64,000 bases of DNA from Escherichia coli. GTDB lineage: Bacteria; Pseudomonadota; Gammaproteobacteria; Enterobacterales; Enterobacteriaceae. Under the pieces are notes generated by a model. That model was not told the origin of the DNA. It ran no database searches and saw only the letters and a program-made list of their open reading frames with translations. A program made the translations under genes and the position numbers. Within the stretch, counting starts at the first letter, position 1. The number at the start of each line of letters is the position of its first letter. Shown here piece by piece: positions 1 through 7,670 of the stretch. The stretch lies in assembly GCF_024223415.1 (NCBI RefSeq), contig NZ_CP100500.1; one strand, written 5' to 3'.

Positions 1-72
1 GCGAAGCGCGTAACCGTTGCCCGTCCGGTTGTGTCGCTGTATTCGCCGCCCGTATCCGTCAGGGGGAAACCT

Positions 73-303
73 ATGCACAATAAAACAACACCGGACGCAG
101 CAGAAGAAGCAATGCAAATACTGATACGTGCGCTCGTTGATGTTACCCACATGGTGGAGATTATGGAGAGAAAATCACAGTCGGAGCACGACAAAAGAAA
201 ACTTAAAACAATAAAAATAATTGCCAAAAACTCGCTGATAAAAGTTACAGACATCCTTAATGAGGACATTAAAAGAATCAGGGAGAAAGTGTGTGATGCA
301 TAA
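73..303 (+). CDS. hypothetical small protein of satellite-like element (about 77 aa)
   Basis: ORF 31..303 in track; ATG at 73 preceded by AGGGGG RBS; no recognisable family. Confidence 0.35.
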   Translation: MHNKTTPDAAEEAMQILIRALVDVTHMVEIMERKSQSEHDKRKLKTIKIIAKNSLIKVTDILNEDIKRIREKVCDA

Positions 304-523
304 AATACCTTTTGATGTTCTTATTCATTCTGAAAACGCATTAATCCGTGCAAAGGAAATGGACGCATTACTACTTAAGTTAATTGATGTGCCGGAAAGT
401 GGCGATGAATCTGATTCAATAATGTTTTCTGCCGTGCGTACGCTATTAACGCATGTTATTAATGAATTAAATACAGTGATGGCAATTCACGAGAATAATA
501 AAGCGCAGCACACCGGAGAATAA
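296..523 (+). CDS. hypothetical small protein (about 75 aa)
   Basis: ORF in track; internal ATG at 296 (MHKIPF...) with GGGAGAAAG RBS, overlaps stop of upstream ORF; no recognisable family. Confidence 0.35.
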   Translation: MHKIPFDVLIHSENALIRAKEMDALLLKLIDVPESGDESDSIMFSAVRTLLTHVINELNTVMAIHENNKAQHTGE

Positions 524-528
524 AAACC

Positions 529-828
529 ATGAAAAATAAAAATTCTGGCGTTAATGCCAGCGGCCCCGCTCGGCCTGAATTTATGAACGGCGATATTTAC
601 CGCGACCAGTACGGCGGCACGGTAACGATTAAAGGCGTGGAGGAACGGCGCATCACTTACCGCCGTGAAGGCTACGAATATGATTGCGTGATGCCTGTTT
701 ATCAGTTCCGGCGTGATTTTTCTCTGGTACAGGCAGCGCCCCGCAGTAAACCAACCAGCAGGGAGAAAGCACGCGCCAATATTCAGGAAATAAAAAAGAT
801 GCTTAACGTATTCAGGGGTAAAAAATGA
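529..828 (+). CDS. hypothetical protein (99 aa)
   Basis: ORF in track, stop overlaps start of primase gene (operon-like coupling); no recognisable family. Confidence 0.4.
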   Translation: MKNKNSGVNASGPARPEFMNGDIYRDQYGGTVTIKGVEERRITYRREGYEYDCVMPVYQFRRDFSLVQAAPRSKPTSREKARANIQEIKKMLNVFRGKK

Positions 829-2573
829 AACTGGCACCGAACGTAAAAAAACAGCCGCGTGGAATAAAACACAAAGACACAGAGGTGATTATCTTTGCGG
901 GTAGTGATGCCTGGGCGCACGCGAAACAGTGGCAGGAACAGGACGGCCCCGCATCCGGCGATGATGTGCCGCCTGTGTGGCTCGGGCCAAATCAGCTTGC
1001 TGAACTGGATGCACTGAAAATTGTACCGGAGGGAAAAAAACGCGTAAGGCTGTACAGGGCCGGAGAACTGGATTTGGTGGAGACCAAAAAGATTGGTCAG
1101 AAGCTGGCGGCGGCAGATATTCAGGATGCGAATTTTTACTCTGAAGGAATGCACGGCCAGAAGGTGCAGAACTGGCGGCGCTATCTGAGTGCTGAGCGTG
1201 AAAATATTGCCGCAGGGCTTACCATGCCGGAACAGAAAAAAGCACAACTTTCACAGATGGCAGACAGTGAACGGGCACAGCTTCTTTCTTCCCGCTTTGA
1301 TGGTGTCTGCGTCCATGCAGAAAGTGAAATCGTTCACGTATGGCGCGGCGGGGTATGGTGTCCGGTCAGCACAATGGAACTTAGCCGCGAAATGGTGGCG
1401 ATCTATTCAGAGCACAGGGCCACTTTCAGCAAGCGCGTAATCAATAACGCCGTGGAAGCGTTAAAAGTTATTGCCGAACCAATGGGCGAGCCGTCCGGCG
1501 ATTTGCTGCCGTTCGCCAATGGTGCGCTTGACCTGAAAACGGGGGAATTTTCCCCGCACACGCCGGAGAACTGGATCACCACGCACAACGGCATTGAGTA
1601 CACGCCACCAGCACCAGGGGAGAATATCTGCGACAACGCGCCAAACTTTCATAAATGGCTTGAGCACGCAGCCGGAAAAGACCCGCGCAAGATGATGCGT
1701 ATATGTGCCGCGCTGTACATGATTATGGCGAACCGGTACGACTGGCAGATGTTTATTGAGGCCACCGGAGACGGCGGGAGCGGCAAAAGTACATTCACAC
1801 ACATAGCCAGCCTTCTGGCAGGGAAACAGAACACGGTAAGCGCTGAGATGACATCGCTTGATGATGCTGGTGGGCGTGCGCAGGTTGTCGGGAGTCGGCT
1901 TATTGTCCTGGCAGACCAGCCGAAATATACAGGCGAAGGAACGGGCATCAAGAAAATCACGGGCGGAGACCCCGTGGAAATAAACCCGAAATATGAGAAG
2001 CGTTTTACGGCGGTAATCAGGGCGGTGGTGCTGGCTACCAACAATAACCCGATGATATTCACCGAACGGGCCGGAGGTGTGTCACGTCGTCGCGTAATTT
2101 TCCGTTTCGACAATATCGTCAGTGAGGCTGAAAAAGACAGGGAGCTACCGGAAAAGATTGCGGCTGAAATCCCTGTCATTATCCGCCGCTTGCTGGCGAA
2201 CTTTGCCGACCCTGAAAAGGCACGGGCTTTACTCATTGAACAGCGAGACGGTGATGAAGCTCTGGCAATAAAGCAACAGACGGATCCGGTTATTGAGTTT
2301 TGCCAGTTTCTGAATTTTCTGGAGGAAGCGCGCGGCCTGATGATGGGCGGCGGCGGTGACTCTTCCAGGTACACGACCAGAAACAGCCTTTACCGCGTCT
2401 ATCTGGCGTTTATGGCGTATGCAGGCAGGAGCAAACCGCTAAACGTAAATGACTTTGGCAAGGCTATGAAGCCAGCGGCGAAAGTTTACGGACATGAATA
2501 TATAACGCGCAGGATTAAAGGGTTTACGCAAACCAACGTGACAACAACAGACGACTGCGACGCGTTTTTATAA
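825..2573 (+). CDS. phage/plasmid primase-helicase, P4/D5 family C-terminal domain with P-loop NTPase
   Basis: 582 aa ORF; Walker A motif GDGGSGKST followed by hydrophobic strand plus acidic Walker B-like LIVLADQ; architecture typical of satellite/PICI pri-rep proteins; iteron cluster immediately downstream. Confidence 0.75.
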   Translation: MKLAPNVKKQPRGIKHKDTEVIIFAGSDAWAHAKQWQEQDGPASGDDVPPVWLGPNQLAELDALKIVPEGKKRVRLYRAGELDLVETKKIGQKLAAADIQDANFYSEGMHGQKVQNWRRYLSAERENIAAGLTMPEQKKAQLSQMADSERAQLLSSRFDGVCVHAESEIVHVWRGGVWCPVSTMELSREMVAIYSEHRATFSKRVINNAVEALKVIAEPMGEPSGDLLPFANGALDLKTGEFSPHTPENWITTHNGIEYTPPAPGENICDNAPNFHKWLEHAAGKDPRKMMRICAALYMIMANRYDWQMFIEATGDGGSGKSTFTHIASLLAGKQNTVSAEMTSLDDAGGRAQVVGSRLIVLADQPKYTGEGTGIKKITGGDPVEINPKYEKRFTAVIRAVVLATNNNPMIFTERAGGVSRRRVIFRFDNIVSEAEKDRELPEKIAAEIPVIIRRLLANFADPEKARALLIEQRDGDEALAIKQQTDPVIEFCQFLNFLEEARGLMMGGGGDSSRYTTRNSLYRVYLAFMAYAGRSKPLNVNDFGKAMKPAAKVYGHEYITRRIKGFTQTNVTTTDDCDAFL

Positions 2574-2860
2574 TTTTTTGTAATTGCTGTCTACCCTGTC
2601 TACCTGAGTAAAGAAAAATACATTTAATTCAGTGCATTAAGTTAGGTAGATAGCCTTTTTTTACTGTCTACCCACTATCTACCCTCTCTACCTGATTTTA
2701 CCAGAATCAGACAGGGAGGTAGACACGGGGTAGATAGTGGATAAAAGCACTCTACCCCGCTGAAAGCCGCGCCATTACTGGCATGAGGGCCACTAAGGTA
2801 GGTAAGGTAGACAAGGGGAGGCACAACTCAAAACTTTTTAAACGAGGGGGTAAAAATAAA
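2574..2860. repeat. iteron cluster, putative replication origin (GTCTACC / GGTAGAC repeats)
   Basis: At least ten copies of 7-mer GTCTACC / GGTAGAC (and variants CTCTACC, GGTAGAT) in both orientations within about 290 bp, directly 3' of the primase gene. Confidence 0.6.
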
Positions 2861-2861
2861 A

Positions 2862-3119
2862 ATGCACACATCAGAAAAATTTAACAATCAGAAGAAATCA
2901 CATAACCGCGCCATTGACCTTACAGAGCACTGGCTGAGGGTGGCGATAAAAATCATCGACCGCAACGCGGGAGAAGGATACGCGAAAGCACATCCCGAAC
3001 TGATAAGCGCATTCATGACCACAGCGGCGGCAAACTTTGCCACGTTGACAGAACGGGAGATTGCCGAAGCGGAACAGGTGACAACCATCAATGTTAAAAC
3101 CGGAGAGCAGACAGCATGA
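2862..3119 (+). CDS. hypothetical protein (85 aa)
   Basis: ORF in track with GGGGG RBS upstream; stop overlaps next gene start. Confidence 0.4.
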   Translation: MHTSEKFNNQKKSHNRAIDLTEHWLRVAIKIIDRNAGEGYAKAHPELISAFMTTAAANFATLTEREIAEAEQVTTINVKTGEQTA

Positions 3120-3526
3120 CAGCACAGATAGCGGCTTACGGGCGGCTGGTGGACGACCCGCAGACAAAACAGACCAGCAAGGGAACACCGATGACGCTGG
3201 CACGTATGGCGGTATCGCTGCCATGCAGCCAGGCACAGGATGGACAGGCGACGTTATGGCTATCGGTCATCGCATTTGGTAAGCAGGCCGACTTCCTGGC
3301 TAAACATCAAAAAGGCGACGTTGCCAGCGTATCCGGCACGATGCAGGTCAGCCAGTGGACCGGACAGAACGGGGAAACGCGGCAGGGTTATCAGGTTATT
3401 GCAGACAGCGTAATCAGTGCCCGTGCGGCACGTCCTGGCGGGAACAGACGCAAAACCACAGGCACACAGGGTAATCAGCCACCAGCGGGAGGCGATGACC
3501 CTTACGGTGATGATATTCCGTTCTGA
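3116..3526 (+). CDS. single-stranded DNA-binding protein (SSB-like, OB fold with acidic DDIPF tail)
   Basis: 136 aa; N-terminal OB-fold-like region, Gly/Pro/Gln-rich linker and C-terminal ...DDPYGDDIPF characteristic of SSB tails. Confidence 0.6.
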   Translation: MTAQIAAYGRLVDDPQTKQTSKGTPMTLARMAVSLPCSQAQDGQATLWLSVIAFGKQADFLAKHQKGDVASVSGTMQVSQWTGQNGETRQGYQVIADSVISARAARPGGNRRKTTGTQGNQPPAGGDDPYGDDIPF

Positions 3527-3536
3527 GGGGGTGACG

Positions 3537-3809
3537 ATGGTACATGACCGGATAGCGGAGGAACTGGAGGCGAAAGGATTTTACCGGAGGGCGGCCGCGC
3601 GATGGGGTGAAGTTATGAGGCTGGTGAGCACTGACAAGGAGCGCGAACAGGTGGCAATGCGACGGCTGGAATGTTCACAGAAGGCACAGAGGCCACCGGA
3701 GCCGCCGGATGATTTAGGCGCTCTGAAAAGGTCAGTTAATCGCACTGAAAAACAAATGGGGATAGCTGGTATTGGCAAAGCAATATGGCGCAACTACCCG
3801 CAGAAGTGA
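3537..3809 (+). CDS. PerC-family-like transcriptional regulator (about 90 aa)
   Basis: Internal ATG at 3537 with GAGGGGG RBS; sequence MVHDRIAEELEAKGFYRRAAARWGEVM resembles N-terminal signature I recall for PerC/Pch-like activators; assignment from memory only. Confidence 0.45.
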   Translation: MVHDRIAEELEAKGFYRRAAARWGEVMRLVSTDKEREQVAMRRLECSQKAQRPPEPPDDLGALKRSVNRTEKQMGIAGIGKAIWRNYPQK

Positions 3810-3816
3810 GCACACA

Positions 3817-3839
3817 GCCGGAGCAATCCGGCTTTTTTG
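3817..3839 (+). terminator. rho-independent terminator
   Basis: GCCGGAGCAATCCGGC hairpin followed by TTTTTT. Confidence 0.6.
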
Positions 3840-3844
3840 CACCC

Positions 3845-3890
3845 AAAAAAAGCCCGATAAGTACAGGAGGCATCTTATCGGGCTTTTGCA
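3845..3890. terminator. second hairpin, possibly bidirectional terminator
   Basis: A-run, AGCCCGATAAG ... CTTATCGGGCT inverted repeat, then T-rich. Confidence 0.45.
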
Positions 3891-3966
3891 TATGAGGTTT
3901 TTTTTGGTGCACTGACACACATGATCGGGATAATCATTTCATAATTTGCAACGTAACTCAATATTG

Positions 3967-3994
3967 TTGCGCAAAATGCAATCATGATTATAAT
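3967..3994 (+). promoter_or_regulatory. sigma70-like promoter (-35 TTGCGC, 16 bp spacer, -10 TATAAT) upstream of capsid module
   Basis: Consensus -10 TATAAT at 3989-3994 with -35-like TTGCGC at 3967-3972; followed by perfect 8+2+8 palindrome CTGGATGAACATCCAG at about 4001-4016. Confidence 0.45.
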
Positions 3995-4050
3995 CAGGAC
4001 TGGATGAACATCCAGTTATGATTTTTTAAGTCAAAGAGGAATTTCTGACT

Positions 4051-4257
4051 ATGGCAGAAGAGAAAAAAGGCGGGGTGACGGTCTACATAAGCCCCGACAT
4101 CGTGGAGGCGCTCAAGGAACGCCACCAGCAGAATGTAAAAGCAGGCATTGCGGCAGGACTTGATCCGCTGGCGATGGTTGAGCCGTCAACAGGCTGGCAG
4201 GTGCGTACCTATTTACGTGCGGCGCTGGGTATCAATCAGGTTCACGGAGGTGAATAA
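4051..4257 (+). CDS. hypothetical small protein (68 aa), first gene of capsid module
   Basis: ORF in track with AAGAGGAA RBS; stop overlaps start of major capsid gene. Confidence 0.45.
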   Translation: MAEEKKGGVTVYISPDIVEALKERHQQNVKAGIAAGLDPLAMVEPSTGWQVRTYLRAALGINQVHGGE

Positions 4258-5312
4258 TGACAGGCAAAGCAACGGCACTTACAACTAACCAGCTTTTCGC
4301 GTACCTGAATCGCGGGGATATTTCGGAATTAAAATTCAGTCCGCTGTTTACCACGCTGTTTTTCCCGAACGTGGCGACCTTCAACACCCAAAACATCATG
4401 CTGGACACCCTGGACATTGAAGAGGTTACGATGTCAGCGTTCTGTTCGCCTATGGTGGGTAGTCAGGTCCAGCGCGATAAAGGGTACGAAACCAGCACAA
4501 TCAAACCTGGCTACATGAAGCCAAAGCACGAAATCGATCCAACAAAGACCATCATGCGCATGGCTGGAGAAGATCCGGCACAGCTTAACGACCCAACCTA
4601 TCGCCGTATGCGCCTGATTACTGGCAACATGCGCCGCCAGGTAAACGCCATTAAAGCGCGTGTTGAATGGCTGGCGGTGAATGCGGTAACGACCGGAAAA
4701 AACATCATTGAGGGCGAAGGCATAGAACGCTATGAAATCGACTGGAAAATACCGGAAAACTGCATCATACAGCAGGCCAGTGGTAAAAAATGGTCCCAGC
4801 AGGATAAAGACATGCACGACCCAATCTATGACATCGAGCTTTATGCTGATCAGGCAGGTTGCCCCGCCAACGTCATGATTATGGGCGGTGAGGTATGGCG
4901 CACATTACGCAGCTTTAAAAAATTCCGTGAACTGTACGATCTTTCCCGTGGATCAGAATCCGCCGCCGAGCTGGCCTGTAAAAACCTGGGCGAAGTGGTG
5001 AGCTTTAAAGGCTATCTTGGTGATCTGGCCCTTATCGTCTATTCCGGCAAATACACTGACAGCGACGGCACCGAAAAATATTTCCTTGAGCCTGATTTGC
5101 TGGTCCTGGGTAACACCAATAATAAAGGGCTGGTGGCATATGGTGCGATTATGGATCAGGAAGCGGTAAGAACGGGCGCAACGCAAAACATGTACTACCC
5201 GAAAAACTGGATTGAGGACGGCGATCCGGCGATTGAGTACGTGCAGACGCACAGCGCACCGCAGCCGGTACCGGCAGATATTCGCAAATTTGTTACCGTC
5301 AAAATTGCTTAA
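4257..5312 (+). CDS. major capsid protein, lambda gpE family
   Basis: 351 aa; segments FSPLFTTLFFPN and PGYMKPKHEIDP match lambda gpE (FDPLFLRLFFRES, PGYVKPKHEVNP) as I recall it; similar length (341 aa) and conserved C-terminal block. Confidence 0.8.
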   Translation: MTGKATALTTNQLFAYLNRGDISELKFSPLFTTLFFPNVATFNTQNIMLDTLDIEEVTMSAFCSPMVGSQVQRDKGYETSTIKPGYMKPKHEIDPTKTIMRMAGEDPAQLNDPTYRRMRLITGNMRRQVNAIKARVEWLAVNAVTTGKNIIEGEGIERYEIDWKIPENCIIQQASGKKWSQQDKDMHDPIYDIELYADQAGCPANVMIMGGEVWRTLRSFKKFRELYDLSRGSESAAELACKNLGEVVSFKGYLGDLALIVYSGKYTDSDGTEKYFLEPDLLVLGNTNNKGLVAYGAIMDQEAVRTGATQNMYYPKNWIEDGDPAIEYVQTHSAPQPVPADIRKFVTVKIA

Positions 5313-5323
5313 CGGGGGATTCT

Positions 5324-5659
5324 ATGGACGCTCCATATATTGAGTTATTTGCAGGCAGCCAGCAGGTATCCACGACGCTGGTACATTTTGCCGCTGATGC
5401 TGGCGTTATTCAGGAATTTACCCCGCTGATGCTGGCAGACAATGGCGAGTTTAAGGCGTGGGATGGTCAGGAATCTGGCAAAGCTGTTTATCTGACTTCG
5501 CACCCCGTGGACACGTCAAAGCAGAAATCAGCACAGTGTTACAAAACGGGGATATTCAATATTGCCGCCGTTAACTGGCCTGACAGCGTCGACACCGATG
5601 CGAAAAAATGCGCCGCCTTTGCGGGTTCCGGCGTATCCGTTCAGCCGCTGGCCCGATAA
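5324..5659 (+). CDS. head decoration protein, lambda gpD family
   Basis: 111 aa; TPLMLADNGEFKAWDG and YKTGIFN...AAFAGSGVSV match lambda gpD (TPLMLDTSSRKLVAWDG, YKSGTF...TAFAGTAISIV); same size as gpD. Confidence 0.7.
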   Translation: MDAPYIELFAGSQQVSTTLVHFAADAGVIQEFTPLMLADNGEFKAWDGQESGKAVYLTSHPVDTSKQKSAQCYKTGIFNIAAVNWPDSVDTDAKKCAAFAGSGVSVQPLAR

Positions 5660-5671
5660 GCAGGGGGAACG

Positions 5672-6085
5672 ATGGCAACGAATGAAAGTATCATGACGCT
5701 ACCGCTGGCGAGTAAATTTAAAGCCGAAGCGCGGGCAATGGCTGACAGAGGTTTATCAACCTACGAGGCCATACACCGACTAAACAAACTGGAAGAACAG
5801 GACAAGCCGCGCGCTGATGCGATTATGGCGCTTCATGAATCTGACGACTACCAGCCGCTGTTACGTGCAATGGCTAACGTGCCTTGTATCGATGTTGGTA
5901 CGGCTAAAAGCATCCTTAGCATGACCATAGAGCAGGAACGCCCGAAGGTTGCACCAGAGCTTACTTCAGCCTTTGAAAACTTTATGGACATGCACAGCCC
6001 GAAAGCCGTATCAGCTGGCATGGCATACGATGGCAGAACCCCGTGCGATGACGGCGACATCGACCGCATACTGAAAACCATCTGA
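5672..6085 (+). CDS. hypothetical protein (137 aa) of capsid/packaging module
   Basis: ORF in track with GGGGGA RBS; no family recognised. Confidence 0.45.
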   Translation: MATNESIMTLPLASKFKAEARAMADRGLSTYEAIHRLNKLEEQDKPRADAIMALHESDDYQPLLRAMANVPCIDVGTAKSILSMTIEQERPKVAPELTSAFENFMDMHSPKAVSAGMAYDGRTPCDDGDIDRILKTI

Positions 6086-6091
6086 GACAAG

Positions 6092-6115
6092 GCCGGAGAA
6101 ATCCGGCTTTTTTTG
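6092..6115 (+). terminator. rho-independent terminator
   Basis: GCCGGAGAAATCCGGC hairpin followed by TTTTTTT; same terminator module as at 3817. Confidence 0.6.
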
Positions 6116-6200
6116 CGGGTCCTTTCCGGCATGTGGACCCGTTACGGGGCGTCGACCTCGCACGTTTTCGCTATTTATGACGTTTTTCCGTGAAGGTGAC
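6110..6200 (+). other. lambda-type cos site 1 (cosQ-like, cosN GGGCGTCGACCT at 6147-6158, downstream segment)
   Basis: GGGTCCTTTCCGG...GTTACGGGGCGTCGACCTCGCACGTTTTCGCTATTTATGA closely matches the lambda cos region as I recall it (ACGGGTCCTTTCCGG...GTTACGGGGCGGCGACCTCGCGGGTTTTCGCTATTTATGAAAATTTTCCGG). Confidence 0.7.
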
Positions 6201-6247
6201 ACCACCACCACTTGATTAATATTTAACCATGTAGTTAAGGTAACATT

Positions 6248-6682
6248 ATGATTGATAAAGCTTGTTTTGTAAGTCAGCAGGAAATAGCTGAACATTTCAA
6301 TGTTAACAGAACCACTATTCGCGCATGGACCAAACAGGGGATGCCGTATCTTAATGCGGATCGCGGAAAGTCTGGCGGTTATCACATCGGGCATACATTG
6401 TTTTGGTATTCAGGTAAAAGCCATCTTCAGACCATCGGATATCACGTAGAAACCAGTGCGCTGGAAAAAATTATGTTTGCCAGGCTGCTTTCATCTGAGC
6501 GTGACGAGTACTCCAGTGAAGAAACAGAACATCGATTTGATGAAGGTTTGCAGATTTACGGCTATTCACCGGAAGATGTGAGCAAGGCACGAAATAAAAT
6601 GGCTGGCTTTCTGGCTGGGTGGCGTCATGCCGTAAGCGTTCGCCGTGCCAGCATGGAGCAATCAGCCGATACAGAACAGTAA
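6248..6682 (+). CDS. terminase small subunit, lambda Nu1-like (N-terminal winged HTH)
   Basis: 144 aa; QQEIAEHFNVNRTTIRAWTKQGMPYL...HTLFWYSGK aligns with lambda Nu1 KKQLADIFGASIRTIQNWQEQGMPVL...AVIKWYAER; about 90 bp downstream of cosN-like site as in lambda. Confidence 0.7.
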   Translation: MIDKACFVSQQEIAEHFNVNRTTIRAWTKQGMPYLNADRGKSGGYHIGHTLFWYSGKSHLQTIGYHVETSALEKIMFARLLSSERDEYSSEETEHRFDEGLQIYGYSPEDVSKARNKMAGFLAGWRHAVSVRRASMEQSADTEQ

Positions 6683-6729
6683 AGCCGATAACTTGTTAAT
6701 CACGCGCAGCAATGCGTGTGATTTTTGCA

Positions 6730-6850
6730 CACTTCCGGTTAACGGGTACGATGTCCGGTTTGTTTGTACATTTTTTGCACATGTCCGGTTCGCAGAAAGC
6801 ATGTTTTTATATTTTTCAGATAGTTAACTTGCAGAGAAACCGGACATGGA
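6730..6850. repeat. repeated TGTCCGGTT motifs (putative cosB-like terminase small-subunit binding sites)
   Basis: CACTTCCGGTT (6732), GATGTCCGGTT (6759), CATGTCCGGTT (6790) direct, and AACCGGACATG (6839) inverted. Confidence 0.5.
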
Positions 6851-6935
6851 TCCCGAAAAATTTTCATAAATAGTGAAAACGCGCGGGTTCGACGCCCCGT
6901 AACGGGCCATAATTCCAGAAGGACCCGACGACACC
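6830..6935 (-). other. lambda-type cos site 2, inverted relative to cos site 1
   Basis: Reverse complement reads GGGTCCTTCTGG...CCCGTTACGGGGCGTCGAACCCGCGCGTTTTCACTATTTATGAAAATTTTTCGGG, paralogous to site at 6110-6200 and to lambda cos. Confidence 0.65.
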
Positions 6936-6960
6936 AGACTATCAGAGCGATGGGGGCACA

Positions 6961-7242
6961 ATGACAGAAGCCGAACTACTGGGATTAATCCGCCGCGTTA
7001 CCGGAATCAGCCAGCAGCATGACGAACAGGCCACGCAGCCGGACAGCGTGACCGCCGAAAATTATGTGCGTGTTGTTGCGGAGGTGATGCGCCGTGACGG
7101 TATTGAGCTTAACGGCGTGGATATGCGCGACATACGGATCCGCGTTCTGGAAATGCTGGCATACCGTCGCCGCGTGCAGACGTACAGGGAAAAAGCAAAA
7201 ATAACGTACCACTGGAAGAAGCCGGAACGACTGCGTACGTAA
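6961..7242 (+). CDS. hypothetical protein (93 aa)
   Basis: ORF in track; weak RBS; last ORF of element before repeat-rich end. Confidence 0.3.
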   Translation: MTEAELLGLIRRVTGISQQHDEQATQPDSVTAENYVRVVAEVMRRDGIELNGVDMRDIRIRVLEMLAYRRRVQTYREKAKITYHWKKPERLRT

Positions 7243-7366
7243 TACGTACGGACATCGAGATAACGCAAAATTGCGCTGGCTACATCCCTCACATCTGAGG
7301 ACTGATAACAAGCTGCCTGAAAGACAGTCACAAACTACGAAATTTTCGCAGTTTAATTAATGGTCA

Positions 7367-7670
7367 GCTTAATCGCTAACCCGCTGATATTTTCGGAAAC
7401 ATCAATTTGAGGAAGTCGGCGCGGTAACTCGCTGAACTTAAAGCAAAGCGCAAAATTGCGCTGATTACTGGTTGGAATTGTTCCAGAGTGCAAATTTGCA
7501 CTCTGGCCTAACCCGTTGATTATTTCGAAAACCTGCAATGCAGGAAATCGGGGAAGTAAGCCTAAGCTATTGATTGTTTCGAAAACCACCATTGGGGGAT
7601 GTCGGGAAAGTAAGACTAACCCATTGATTCTTCCACAATCCTCAATGTGAGGAGGCCGGACATCGTGACA
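7367..7670. repeat. four imperfect direct repeats of about 54 bp (CTAACCCNTTGAT...GTAAG), three in tandem
   Basis: Units at about 7373-7427, 7507-7560, 7562-7615, 7616-7670 share CTAACCC(G/A)(C/T)TGAT ... TCGG..AAGTAAG and each contains a short internal inverted repeat. Confidence 0.6.
7483..7506. promoter_or_regulatory. 24-bp perfect palindrome CCAGAGTGCAAATTTGCACTCTGG
   Basis: Perfect dyad symmetry seen directly; nearby related inverted repeats GCGCAA-AA-TTGCGC at 7448-7461 and CGCAA-AA-TTGCG at 7264-7275. Confidence 0.5.

Noticed and set aside
1649-2374. 241-aa ORF on the minus strand
   Set aside because: Lies entirely antisense within the primase/helicase gene, whose frame has clear motifs; product is low-complexity and Ser/Arg-rich. 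Shadow ORF.
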